Positions 1-11,960 of a stretch of DNA of 64,000 bases are shown here, piece by piece; positions within the stretch are counted from its first letter, which is position 1; each line of letters opens with the position of its first letter. Under the pieces are notes generated by a model. That model ran no database searches. It saw nothing but the letters and a program-made list of their open reading frames with translations, and was not told the origin of the DNA. Source of the DNA: Eukaryota sp. TZLM1-RC (Eukaryota; Protista; Metamonada: BaSk clade); assembly GCA_040285825.1 (NCBI GenBank), contig JAUPSS010000006.1:682001-746000 (forward strand), written 5' to 3'. The translations under genes were made by a program, and so were the position numbers.

Positions 1-1239
1 AAGTTTAATGAGTTACGTGCAAAAGTTCTGTCTCAATTACTGGGATGTAAAATGTTTCAAATTCCAGATCATGCTTACCTTAGTCCACAATATGGTGGTT
101 TAGGGTGGACGAAGGCTTCTATTCTTACCTCGTGTGCTTTTGTTGGTGGATGCAGAAATGCAATCTTTGAGTTCTCCGAAAGATTTGCAGATTGGGAAGA
201 TTTATTGATGACAACGCAAAGTTCCACTGTTTTTGCATTAAATGAAGAAATTTCAAGAATTGATGTAGAAAAATGGGGTCGATGTTTTCCCCAATCATTC
301 AATGGCAATATTCCAGAAAAAAATGTTTTAAATTTGAAGTACACTCTTCGAACATTACAGAAAAGATTGACTGGAATATATGAAAAAGATCTTCATAATA
401 ATATTTGCAGCTCGGCTGTTTTAAATCAAGATCTTCACTCATTGTTATTGGAAAAGGGTGTTTGTGAAAACAAGGTGTCAGATTCTTCACTTGTTGTAAC
501 CATTGTACCACGAAGATTTGGATTGTGTGCTACTAATGAAGCATTTGTAACAAAAATGAGATTATATTTGAACATCCCCATTAACCAATTATTATCAAAA
601 GAAAAATGTATTTGTTCGAATTCACCTCAACTCACTTTGCGCCATGCTCTAAATTGCTCTAAATTGATAACTTATCGTTCTTCATTACATGATGCTGTTA
701 GAGACACTGTTTTTAATATGGCACAAACTGCAAGGATATCGTGTATCAAAGAGCCCCTGCTGAAAGAAACACTTTCTCTGAATAATTTTGGTTCTGATGA
801 TAGAGGTGATGTATACTGTGATTGGATTGATAATTCTGAAGCTATTGTTGACTTTGTCTCATGTAATGTTGCAAAAAATACTTTGGTTCACAGAAGAAAA
901 CTTAATCCTGTGGCTGCTCTGGATTTTAAAGCAAAAGAAAAACATAGAAAATATGATAAAGAAATTGAAGATGCAAATATCGATAGAAATACACAGCTGG
1001 TTTTTATTGCTTTTCCATTTTCGATAAATGGAAGATTATCAGTTGAAGCAGAAACTTTTTTGGATGACTTCCAAAAATTGGTGAAAGAAAAAACAATGAA
1101 AAGATTTGATATTTTTTTATGGCGTTCACGGATTCAATTTGCCATTATTAATAGATTACCGCGGTTTTTCAATCGAATTAGAGAAGCTTTAGCTAGACAG
1201 CAAGCAAATCAAGATTTTGTAGAGGAAATCTTGGTTTAA
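1..1239 (+). CDS. C-terminal part of a non-LTR retrotransposon ORF (RLE LINE family 1, copy 1): CCHC zinc knuckle plus restriction-like endonuclease; open from the window edge
   Basis: Ordered RLE motifs: CICSNSPQLTLRHALNC (CCHC), RSSLHDAVRD (RHD-like), KEP, RGDVY (R-P-D-like), IVDF, KEKHRKY (KxxKY), FPFSINGRL. The frame is open from base 1. A short 3' UTR with AATAAA runs to ~1296. Confidence 0.85.
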   Translation, partial: KFNELRAKVLSQLLGCKMFQIPDHAYLSPQYGGLGWTKASILTSCAFVGGCRNAIFEFSERFADWEDLLMTTQSSTVFALNEEISRIDVEKWGRCFPQSFNGNIPEKNVLNLKYTLRTLQKRLTGIYEKDLHNNICSSAVLNQDLHSLLLEKGVCENKVSDSSLVVTIVPRRFGLCATNEAFVTKMRLYLNIPINQLLSKEKCICSNSPQLTLRHALNCSKLITYRSSLHDAVRDTVFNMAQTARISCIKEPLLKETLSLNNFGSDDRGDVYCDWIDNSEAIVDFVSCNVAKNTLVHRRKLNPVAALDFKAKEKHRKYDKEIEDANIDRNTQLVFIAFPFSINGRLSVEAETFLDDFQKLVKEKTMKRFDIFLWRSRIQFAIINRLPRFFNRIREALARQQANQDFVEEILV

Positions 1240-1505
1240 TGATAGTCGTCCCATTAGTTATGATTTAATTTAATTAAGTGTGCAAATTCAATAAATACAA
1301 TATCCACTTGAAGTGAAATTCGCAGAAGTTCTCACTCCTATCAATTTGATATTGTCAACATCAACACATAATGGACCATGAGGAGTTTAGGCAGTCAGTT
1401 AGTCTACTACCATCAATAGTATAGGAGGTGCATGAATAATGATCCACGGACCTAGATTCCTCACCATCAAAGAAAAGAGATATGAAGAAAGAGAATTGAG
1501 TTGTG

Positions 1506-2818
1506 GCTCAAAAGTTTAATGAGTTACGTGCAAAAGTTCTGTCTCAATTACTGGGATGTAAAATGTTTCAAATTCCAGATCATGCTTACCTTAGTCCACA
1601 ATATGGTGGTTTAGGGTGGACGAAGGCTTCTATTCTTACCTCGTGTGCTTTTGTTGGTGGATGCAGAAATGCAATCTTTGAGTTCTCCGAAAGATTTGCA
1701 GATTGGGAAGATTTATTGATGACAACGCAAAGTTCCACTGTTTTTGCATTAAATGAAGAAATTTCAAGAATTGATGTAGAAAAATGGGGTCGATGTTTTC
1801 CCCAATCATTCAATGGCAATATTCCAGAAAAAAATGTTTTAAATTTGAAGTACACTCTTCGAACATTACAGAAAAGATTGACTGGAATGTATGAAAAAGA
1901 TCTTCATAATAATATTTGCAGCTCGGCTGTTTTAAATCAAGATCTTCACTCATTGTTATTGGAAAAGGGTGTTTGTGAAAACAAGGTGTCAGATTCTTCA
2001 CTTGTTGTAACCATTGTACCACGAAGATTTGGATTGTGTGCTACTAATGAAGCATTTGTAACAAAAATGAGATTATATTTGAACATCCCCATTAACCAAT
2101 TATTATCAAAAGAAAAATGTATTTGTTCGAATTCACCTCAACTCACTTTGCGCCATGCTCTAAATTGCTCTAAATTGATAACTTATCGTTCTTCATTACA
2201 TGATGCTGTTAGAGACACTGTTTTCAATATGGCACAAACTGCAAGGATATCGTGTATCAAAGAGCCCCTGCTGAAAGAAACACTTTCTCTGAATAATTTT
2301 GGTTCTGATGATAGAGGTGATGTATACTGTGATTGGATTGATAATTCTGAAGCTATTGTTGACTTTGTCTCATGTAATGTTGCAAAAAATACTTTGGTTC
2401 ACAGAAGAAAACTTAATCCTGTGGCTGCTCTGGATTTTTAAAGCAAAAGAAAAACATAGAAAATATGATAAAGAAATTGAAGATGCAAATATCGATAGAA
2501 ATACACAGCTGGTTTTTATTGCTTTTCCATTTTCGATAAATGGAAGATTATCAGTTGAAGCAGAAACTTTTTTTGGATGACTTCCAAAAATTGGTGAAAG
2601 AAAAAACAATGAAAAGATTTGATATTTTTTTATGGCGTTCACGGATTCAATTTGCCATTATTAATAGATTACCGCGGTTTTTCAATCGAATTAGAGAAGC
2701 TTTAGCTAGACAGCAAGCAAATCAAGATTTTGTAGAGGAAATCTTGGTTTAATGATAGTCGTCCCATTAGTTATGATTTAATTTAATCAAGTGTGCAAAT
2801 TCAATAAATTAATAATTA
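1506..2818 (+). mobile_element. 5'-truncated RLE LINE family 1, copy 2, with 7-bp TSD AGTTGTG (1499-1505 / 2819-2825)
   Basis: Near-identical to 1-1296 at offset 1511, with two homopolymer indels splitting the ORF (1503..2441, 2540..2752). AT-rich tail AATAAATTAATAATTA. The uninterrupted target GAGAATTGAGTTGTGTCCAATC is seen at ~33335-33356. Confidence 0.85.
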
Positions 2819-4759
2819 AGTTGTGTCGAATCATAGATTCAAATTCAATCATTTTGTTTTGATACCAACATGTCACTCTTCAGCAAATAACCTCTTCACA
2901 TTATTTTACGCCCTACGAATTCAACCTTGATAATTCTGTCAATATTGTTCAACTTATCATCAGTGTCCTAGCACAACTTAAAGAACCTTAGTGAACCGTG
3001 GCTATTACGTTCCGAATCCTCCATCAGAGCCGATCGATCGGATACTATTGGCCATTAAAACTGTAAACATTACAGATATCCTTTCAAGATATCCTCCGAA
3101 ACCTTGCCAACCCAACTCTCTTCATAGTTCTTTCAGTTTATTCCATTATCTTTGATGATTGTCTCTTCTTCTCTTGCTATGTTCGTGCTGATCGTACCCA
3201 GTAAAGAAACTACTCCTCCCTACTGAATTCTTCTTTTTCTTCAAGGTTGAGTACAAGTTAACATTCTGTTCTTTTCCATACTTGTCTTTCTGTTTCAAAT
3301 TCTTTAAGTATTTCATTGGCCTTACCTTGTTAATTTCTTTTGCCACAGCTTTTCCATTTTTTTAAATCTACTGCCGAGAATTGAATTTAGAAATATCGTG
3401 AAGAGAACATAAAATTGGGACTCGAAGGGATTGAAATCATGACGAGGTGTTTGTGTCATTTTACATTATCATACAATCTTGGGTTCAGCCAATGTCAAAC
3501 TTTGAGATCCAGTTGAGCCTAAAGGTCAAGTTATTAGTGGATGTGCTAATGATGAACCTCTATTCACCGATGTCAAATCTAATGTTGATTTTGATAATGT
3601 AGATGTCATTGAATATCAATCTGATTCAAATGTTGCTACTGATTCTGCTACCGATTTCAAATCTGCTTTCATTTATTCTTGATTCAACTGCTAGTAATCA
3701 TTGTAGGGTGCTATTTCTCATCAATATTTCTTACAAATCAGAGTCTTTACCAAATATTGAGAGTAATTCTCTTTATTTTGAGTCTCTGATCATAAATACA
3801 TAAACGACTGAGTAGTCATCAATCATTCAGTTTTTCACTGTTTGAGGTTGATTACGGTCAAGAAAGATCTGATTACATGTGTCTGTATAGTCTACTTGTT
3901 TTTGGATCTTTGTAGGTTCGATACCTACATCAAATTTATTTTCGAATAAATTGAAATTGTTTACTTCAACAGAAACAGTTCATGCTCTTGTTCACAATAA
4001 TTGATGTCAGCACTACTGTTGATGACAATCCTTTATTGTAATTGTTACAAGTTCTTTTTTCCCAAATTTTTAAAATTTTGCTTATATAATCTGTGTTGTT
4101 GAATTGTTCAAATGCTTGAGAAGTAAACATAATTTCGTTCTCTAACAATTTTTCACCATTTTTTTGAATGAAAAAATTGAGTTTGTGAGTATTGCTGCAT
4201 ATCATACAAACACTGGAATTTTTTGTTTGTATTATATATCAATGTACAACTATTATTAAGTAACAATCAATTTATAAAAACCAAAACTAATACAATCAAC
4301 AATTACAAAAGTGGACTCTTTTCACTGGCAGGAAAAATGTAGACTTTAACACTTTAGGCAATTTCAACTTTTTTGGGCTAGGCATAGTTGGAGACGGGAA
4401 TTTTAACTGTGTGTTCTGACGATCATTTCTATGGACATGTACTTCTACGAGACTAGAATACATCTCACTAATGGTGTCGGTCATTTTCACCTGATAGACT
4501 ATGACAACTAATGGATCATAACACATACCCATAGAGTTCTATCGGAAATTATGTTCTTTGACTGAGCAGATTGGTCAAGCACATAGCACCATACGAGAAG
4601 AACTGAAAATCATATGAAAATCAGCCACATTCCTGAGCAGAACCAAATTATGAAAAGATTTCAGCAAAAAACTCAATTATCTGGGTCATTGCATGCAAAA
4701 ATTGAAAAGAATGGTAACAAGTATTGAATGGAATCACCATTTGAATAAATGGTGTAGTT

Positions 4760-5300
4760 AATAAATTGGGATTTATTAAAAAGGCCGATAAGGGTTGTTC
4801 AGCAGCTCTTTGTTTTCATTTAGCTTTGTGAAATAAGCTTCTGCTTTTTTAATCAAGCTGCAGAAGTATGGAGACCAACTGGACCATGGAGAGAGAGTGC
4901 TTTTCATCGCATCAGGGCAGTAATCTTCTAAAGAAGATGAAATATTCAGGCCATATTAAAAGATTGTTGACCACAGACTCCATATTGCTGGGAAGTCGTT
5001 TGCTTCTCATTGAATTTACGAAAAAATTTTCACCACCACCAATACAGGCGTTAGCTGTCATATTGAGCCAATGTACCAAGATATTCTGGTGTATTTGTTG
5101 ATACCATTGGAAAATTGACTCATCTGGCTGATTCCTTTGAAGTACACAGTCGGCGTACTTCCTGGGCCAGAAGCAATTTAGAAACTGAGCAAAGCTCCTA
5201 ACAATATTGCGTTTCAAGACAACAGGTCAGCGAGCAACTAAAAAAAGGCTCCTCGCAGTTAAATTGCTCGATTGCGAAGAAGCGTGGAACTAGGACTTCA
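4760..5300 (-). pseudogene. SAMD9-like gene remnant, putative end of the SIR2-like region (copy A)
   Basis: IVRSFAQF / ESIFQWYQQI / ANACIG / RSKRLPS / SSLEDYC lie in the same order as recalled SAMD9 LIETFCAF / PHIFQGWKDL / SSQCIS / SSKRLLPS / TALEIIC. Stops and a frameshift are present. Confidence 0.5.
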
Positions 5301-5769
5301 AGTTTCGGTGTGTTTTTCGTGTTTATCGAAATAAGGTATCAATTACCTTTTTCGACACTTTATTGAATTGTTGAACCTTCGTTGAGCTGGTGGCTCCAAA
5401 AAAAGTGTGTTTGGCATGTCAATCACAAAACACTAAACGAAAAGTATTGCATAAAAATCAGCCACATCCTTGAGAGAATCGAGTTAAGAAATAATTTTAG
5501 CAAAAAATCTTTATTTTCAGAATACTGTGAAATATGACACTGAATGCAAAAGTTGAAAAGAACAGTAACATGGATTGAACGGTCTAAAGCCCAAATTTCC
5601 ATGATCAAAGGCAAAAGAGTTTCAAGGATCTGTGAAGAATAAACCTCTCGGCTGTCATCTTTAACTGTTCTAAAAAACATGCAATGAATGTTTCTGCAGT
5701 TTGAATAGAGGAAATATTCGGTGATTAATAAAGATATCAACAAGCATAAACTGTTCTTCTGTTATTCCG

Positions 5770-6020
5770 GCTTACCAGGGCATTGTACTTAGCAGTTAGG
5801 GAAGCTGGAAGAGCCATCCTATGGGACAGCAAAACAATTATCGATGAGGACGTCCATTCTTTCATCAGTGAATTTCAGCTTATCGGGGAACAAGTAGCGG
5901 AACTTCTTCGATACTACTTTTGTCTCATCATAAAAACAGAATCTCATCGGAGGAAATTCAGTTCCTTTAGTGGCGGGAACTTAGAAAATACTTTGGGATT
6001 CTCAAACAGCAAATCTTTGA
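5770..6020 (-). pseudogene. Fossil Ty3/Gypsy RT N-terminal fragment embedded in the segmental unit
   Basis: Reverse complement matches 24510-24760 (PPMRIRFHDETKIVSKKFRYLPPDK...FAVP*DGSW). Further copies at ~36635-36880 (-) and ~53995-54250 (+). Confidence 0.7.
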
Positions 6021-6989
6021 AGGTCACGTTTGGAGATCCAGAAGGTCACGTTTAGTTTTGGCTGGCAAATGAGAACATTTCTGCACTGATATTACGAATA
6101 TAATTGTTTATCCTCCTTCTCATTGATATAGTGATAAGGGTTACAACTACCAATTATTGCGAATAAGTAGGTTAAGATAATGTTAATCAGTTTTAGTTAA
6201 AATGGCATCTTATCAACTGTCAATGGCGTCTACTACTTTAATCAAATGCTGTTTGAATGGCTGTTAATCTCTCTACATCTTGACCCATTTCTGCTTTTCC
6301 CTCACTTTTTTTATTGCTTTATATGTTAAAGTAGTGTTGGCACTATCAAGGCCGAATTGTTTTCGTAAATTATCTAAACAGTGACTTCTCTCAGCATCAG
6401 TTCTTCTGAATGCACCATATTGATGTGTAAAAGTATTTCCTATTGTATCTGTGGCAATTTATTTGCTTATTTCGGAACTATTAAAACTTTTCAAACAAAG
6501 TTTCAGAAATCAAAGCATTTATTTCAATAGTCTATTTCATTGATTTGTTCTTTTATATTAGATGTGGAATTCGTCCATGTTGTTGAAAAATTGTCCCTTT
6601 AAAATTGAGTGAAATTTCTCATTTGTTAATAGCAAATCATTGTGCTTTTGATCTTCGTTGCAAGAACAACAAAAATAGCTTAGATCACGGCGAATAATAT
6701 CAGACAACTCTTTTGGTTGCCAGTAATTGGGTAAATTGATGAAGCTTGGTTTGATTGAGGGATTTATTTTGTCATATTTTCAGTATATTACTTTTTTATG
6801 ATACTCAGCTTCTACACATGTGCCAAGATTTCAACTGATTGGTCCACTTCAAACTGATGCAAGTTTATCATGCTTAAAATTTAATAGAGAAGTGACCCTG
6901 CATCAAGGGATGGAGCAAAAAGAGCACATGATTGTAGCAACAGCTACAATACCCTGCTAGCTAACAGCAAAACTACTGTGATATTGTGC

Positions 6990-8660
6990 TTTGAGGTCTC
7001 CATTGCTATGACAACCCAATTCGACACCAATGAGAGCAATTTGTGGAATTTGAGCACCTTAGAGTAATCCTCTCCACAAGTTGCTTTGCATATCGCCATG
7101 ACAGATGGTGTGCTGATAGAGGAAAGCTATATATCGAAATAGAAGTGAAACAAAGTGCCATTGGACGTCATTGGAAAATGTGAACAGAAAATCGAATTTT
7201 TGAAAGAGAAGCCGGGTGTTGAACAACTTATGTTAATTTTGAGTATTTTGTGCATATGAATTTAACATTAAAAACCGAAACAAGAAGTTTATCAATGCAA
7301 CATGGAAATTTAATGAGAAAGAAAACAATAATCTAATTGAACCAATGACACGTCATCAACTCACTACTAAAAATGGCTATAGGTGTTGCGAAAACTGGAG
7401 GTTCTTGTTACGGAACAACGTCCATTTACAAAACGACGACCAAAGAATACTTTGAATATCATCAGTTGATTGCTTTTTCAATTCTGTTAGCATAATTTGA
7501 ATTGGCCCGTCTGAATCAAATTTTTCCGCCACAAGACTCAAAAAAACCCAGAAATTCAAATATATTGAATGCCGATATTTTTTACTCATCACAAAGTTAT
7601 AGATCTTATCATAATCTTCATGCTCGAGTGCCAACTTTATAGACATAGAATAAACCGAAAAATAAGCAGTAAGGTATGTTGGCAAGTCAACCGATTTTCA
7701 TAAAAAAACTAGTTTATCAACTGTGGACTTGTTGCATTCAGTGATGGGTTTCTTTGTATCAAAATGTTTTCACTGGTTTCAAAAGATTTTTCAATTCAGG
7801 AACAAAATTATCAAGGAAAATTTTAGTTTCCTCAATGGTTACTCATCAGCGACATAATCACTATTGTTAAACGGCAACACCAAATATCACCCATCTCACT
7901 TGACAATGTTGGTTGTTTTTTGATTGAAATTGAATCTTGTTCTTGATTAAGACTGTCGGTTAAATAACGTGAAGCATTTTCGGAAACATAACGACAAAAC
8001 TTTGAAGCAATTAGTACACATCGACAATGATGAAAATCCAGCAACTCAAATTGCTTTATAGGAATAACATGATTTTTGCCCAAAACATTGATTTCAGCGG
8101 AATCTTCAACATGAGGTCTTCTGTAGCGTCTTACCAAGAGATATAAACAATTTTGAAGTAATTGAGGGACAACTTTTTTATGACAAAATTCATCAACGAC
8201 CTGTGGTAGAAAATACACAACAGGACAAATTGAGCGATAATCGTTCACCTCTGCCTTGACAAATTCTTCTGCCACAGCGTGGATCATAAACCAAGAAGGT
8301 TTTCCCTCGTCAACATTGGATGAAACACTACTCACAGTGAGATTGGAGTGCTGTTGTGTACGGGATAAGCCTATCAGGGTCTCCAAAAACGAACGATGAA
8401 ATTCATCAAATAGTTCTTCTGCAATTTCCGAAGATCGATTACCTACAGCAATTGTCATAACAGCAATAAGTTTGAGAAACATTTTATCAATATTATAACG
8501 AGAAGAACCAAATTTTCGACTAATTTCTGATACTGCTTTGGATAACTTTAAAGAATTTCCAAGAAGATTTAATGTTCCCAGAGCCAAAAATGATGTCTGA
8601 TAACAGTGCTGGATATTCAAATATTGATTTTCAAAAGGATACACTTCATTAAGAACGATT
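6990..8660 (-). pseudogene. SAMD9-like gene remnant, C-terminal half (copy A), with the NTPase core deleted
   Basis: ORFs 7832..8644 and 7377..7685 contain FLKLIAVMTIAV, WFMIHAVAEEF, LLQNCLYLLVRRYR and LSSEMGDIW. The in-frame join YLNIQ|HCYQTSF at ~8608 removes the Walker A/B segment present in B and C. Confidence 0.6.
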
Positions 8661-9079
8661 TTACTTGTAAAAAATAAATGTTATAATTGTTTTACGTGTG
8701 ACAAAATTCAAAATATAATTCAAAATTTAAAACAGTGTGGCATAAATAATATTATTAAAAATTTCCATATACTAACCAAAAACACTAGATACTAGAAAAT
8801 AGGATTAATTATGAGCAACATATTTATGACCACCAGGGAAATCAGGGGTAAAACTTTTTATTAGCCTAGGTATGACCTACTGTACCACATATACTACAAG
8901 TAAAAGTTCTTCTCTTCCTTGAAGAACAAAATAAGAAAGGCCTGGCAGTAAAAGGTACTTGGACAAGTGAGGAATGTGCACTTTGGGTTAGTCAAGTGGT
9001 GATATTTTTCAAACTACATGCCGCAGTAATGCCGTACAAGGCTACGTTTTCTAATCCTAAACGACTTGCTTTGTCATCA

Positions 9080-9335
9080 TCAAATAAATTGAGTCAAGTT
9101 GATTTTAAATTTAATTCAATAATAAACGTGTCGTTGGTTTTTTGCCCCAAAAAAAACAAAAATGTAGTCAAAAAATTAGTATCGTTAATTTTTTTCATAA
9201 TATTTTATTTATTCCAACAAAAACAAACTACACGACCAGGATAACATTCTATTTCTTCATAATCCAAATTAGCCAAGAAATATTGACTGCAAGTTTTTCT
9301 TTCGTAAAAGCGTCCAAGAGATAACAAAACTGAAG
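9080..9335 (-). mobile_element. 3' end/flank fragment of the RLE LINE family 2 array unit
   Basis: Matches 44690-44945 and 41890-42150, the end of the family 2 ORF and its downstream sequence. Confidence 0.6.
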
Positions 9336-9689
9336 ATACTGAACAAGTATTCAGACCAAAGACATCACCATGGGAAAACAACATGGCCTACCGCCGTATT
9401 TTATAAAACAAAGTAGAATATATCTAAATTTTTTTTCATTATTGTCATTGCCTCTACATTTATTTAAATATTTCACAATAACGACCGTTCTTGTTGCTCA
9501 CACAATAGGCGTGGTCTTTTGGTTTTTGTATTTGCCAAACAACAGTTTAAACTATGTTGCTTTGGCAAAAATTCACTTGTGGGAAGCGCAGAAGTAGAGG
9601 AGAACCAAGTGGAACAAGGTAATGAAGATTACTATTAAACCTCTAAGCATAATAATTTGGTATTATTCCAAACAAACGCTGCATGGTAA

Positions 9690-10965
9690 ATATAGTTTGG
9701 ATAAACATCGTGTTTAAAAATCGTATGTGATTATGCAATTTATTTGCCCTGCCTATCTGCTCTTTACAAATTCAGATTTGCTCTTCGGTTAATGCCCATT
9801 TGTTTTGGGCAAATGTTGTGTCAGCGGATTTGATTTTCTCCCTCACCATCACTAGACCTCTTCTCCTTTGATTATGACGATTCTAGATTTGGGGATCCTT
9901 TTCCCTCACCGTTCTGGGTGACTAAAGCTAGATGCTATCAATTTCCAGGTCCTCCATCCGACATCAAAGCTCGATCAATCTCTAACTGTCGTCACTATTC
10001 CTTGCTTGTGGGGAGTGCATCTCTACTTTCCTTATCGTCTGCTCTCAATCTCATCCTTCTTCAATTACTGTCACCGTTCAGCACTCGTATTTGATCATCA
10101 TTATGTGACCCAGATTGAAAGCCACACAGTCGGACTCGAACACCGAACAGTATGTCGGTCGACTCAATCATCTGCACATCTTCATCATCCTGTCGGCCGA
10201 CCTATCGGATCTTTTATTTGTCCTTCTCTTTCCTATATTTCTATAGTAATGTAGATTTATATATTGATGTTGTTGTTCTTAATCAGTTGTTTTTTATTTC
10301 AACTCTACTACTCTTTTTCCGTATTTCAGTTCTTTCAATATATTTCCTTCTCGTTTAATATTTTGCTATCAAGTTTCTACTGCTGATGGTCTTAAATGAA
10401 TCGCTCTTTTTCGCTTGCTCTTTCCGTCCTTGTGTCATGCGCTGAAGTTCTTATTACTCTTGTTCAAGCTAATGTTGACTTTGATGATATAGTTGTTGTT
10501 GGTTGTTAATTTTTTGCTACTGTTTCACTATTGATATAGTGAGTGCGTTTGCTACTTTTGGTCATTTTAACCAAATTTGGACATGATTAATACTATGTTT
10601 CTGAAGTATCATTAAGTAATTTAAATTCAATGGGGATATATGGTAAATTTATTTAAATGTTTTGTATTATTGGGTGAATTCATTTGAATTTTTGACTTTA
10701 ATTTTGTGTTTTTCGCTGATATTTCTTTGTTATTTTTCACCAGAGTCTCTGCCAAATATTGGGAGTAATTCTCTTTATTTTGAGTCTTTAATCACAAATA
10801 CATAAACGACTGATTTATCATCAATCATTCAGTTTGTAATTGTTTGAGGTTGATTACGGTTAAGAAAGATCTGATTACATGTGTCTATATAGTTTGCATG
10901 TTTTTTGGATTTTTGGAGGTTCTGAAAAGCAATGGTCGTTCAGTTTGAGGACAAGGAAACTTATC
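9690..10965. repeat. ~1.25 kb block, inverted copy of 32035-33290
   Basis: For example GGTCGTTCAGTTTGAGGACAAGGAAACTTA (~10934) is the near reverse complement of TAAGTTTCCTTGTCCTCAAACTGAACGAC (~32036); the copies are collinear throughout. Confidence 0.85.
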
Positions 10966-10989
10966 AAAGTTCCGGGAGGTTGCCGGGGG

Positions 10990-11790
10990 ATCTGGACTAC
11001 GCGGCAGTGTTTCTAGTTGAATCGACGGGCTGGACGGTGGTTGTTCCGTCAGACCAGAGGACGGTGGCAGAGTCGGCAGAGATGTCAACGTTAACATCGA
11101 GTATTAGCTCACCTGGATCAGCAGCCACATAAGCATTCAGAATCTCTGGGGGTAAAGAAGACAGGCAGGGCTTCACGAGATGAATGGCGGTCTTGAATGT
11201 TGAGCCTGAGACAGGATTACGGACTAAGAGAGAGCTAGAGGAGAGAATCCTAAGGACAGCGTAAGGGCTACGAAGTGACCGTGAAGTTAGTCTGGCTTCT
11301 CGCGCAGAACAAAAACTCGGTCATCAATCTGGGGCCGATAGACAGGGTCGGGCATGTCGACATGGGGCTGAGTAGAGGATGAAGCTACAGATTCCCAAGA
11401 GGCAGTGAGTTTCTTTCATAAGATCTGCAGATGTTCAATAAATTCAGGCTTGTCTGGAGGAAGAGAATGGGTGGACAGGGAACGTAATAGTTGATTAGGC
11501 AGTATACGAGGGGAAGTGTCGAATCCAAAGATGAGATTAGGTGGGGAAACGTTTAGAGCTTTTCTTTCTTGAGAGCTCAATACCATCTGGCACAAGGCAA
11601 CAAAGTCGGCCACGATGATGTCAGCCATATATGAAAACACTATCGGACTTAAAAACCTTCTTCATAAGGTTCTGGAGTATGGCTGGGACGTTTTTGAGAC
11701 CAAAGGCAGCTCGGGTGTACTTGATTCTTCGGCCGGGGATAGCTATAGCGGACTTCTCTTGGTCGTCAGGATGGAGGTTTAGCTGGCGGT
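10990..11790 (-). mobile_element. Internally deleted Gypsy pol fragment: RT core fused directly to integrase C-terminal half
   Basis: QLNLHPDDQEKSAIAIPGRRIKYTRAAFGLKNVPA (RT), a degenerate YMADIIV, then LCQMVLSSQERKALNVSP (IN). The tail is homologous to 31030-31360. Confidence 0.75.
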
Positions 11791-11960
11791 GGACAATAAA
11801 TGTTGACTGTCAATTCTCTCATCTAGTAGAATGTATGTATCATCTAAGTAAGATACTAGAAAAAAACCTTCCATATGATTTAAAAGTTTAAGAACATGAG
11901 ATGTACCTAAACTATACAGAAAAGGAAATATTGTTGGGTCATGTACACGAGAGAATAGCA
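11790..11960 (-). mobile_element. Non-LTR (LINE) reverse transcriptase fragment
   Basis: HDPTIFPFLYSL resembles the QGDPxSPxLF motif and is followed by SYLDDTYI (YLDD at 11839-11850). Confidence 0.6.

Larger units (their letters stand above)
2826..9790. repeat. Segmental unit, copy A (internally deleted relative to B and C)
   Basis: Collinear with 33350-43450 (direct) and 47950-57640 (inverted). Lacks B segments ~34950-35330, ~37635-39035, ~40970-41416 and ~42150-43000. Confidence 0.9.

Noticed and set aside
2430-2580. Programmed frameshifting in LINE copy 2
   Set aside because: Both shifts are +1 T in homopolymer runs and are absent from copy 1. Mutation or long-read error is more likely.
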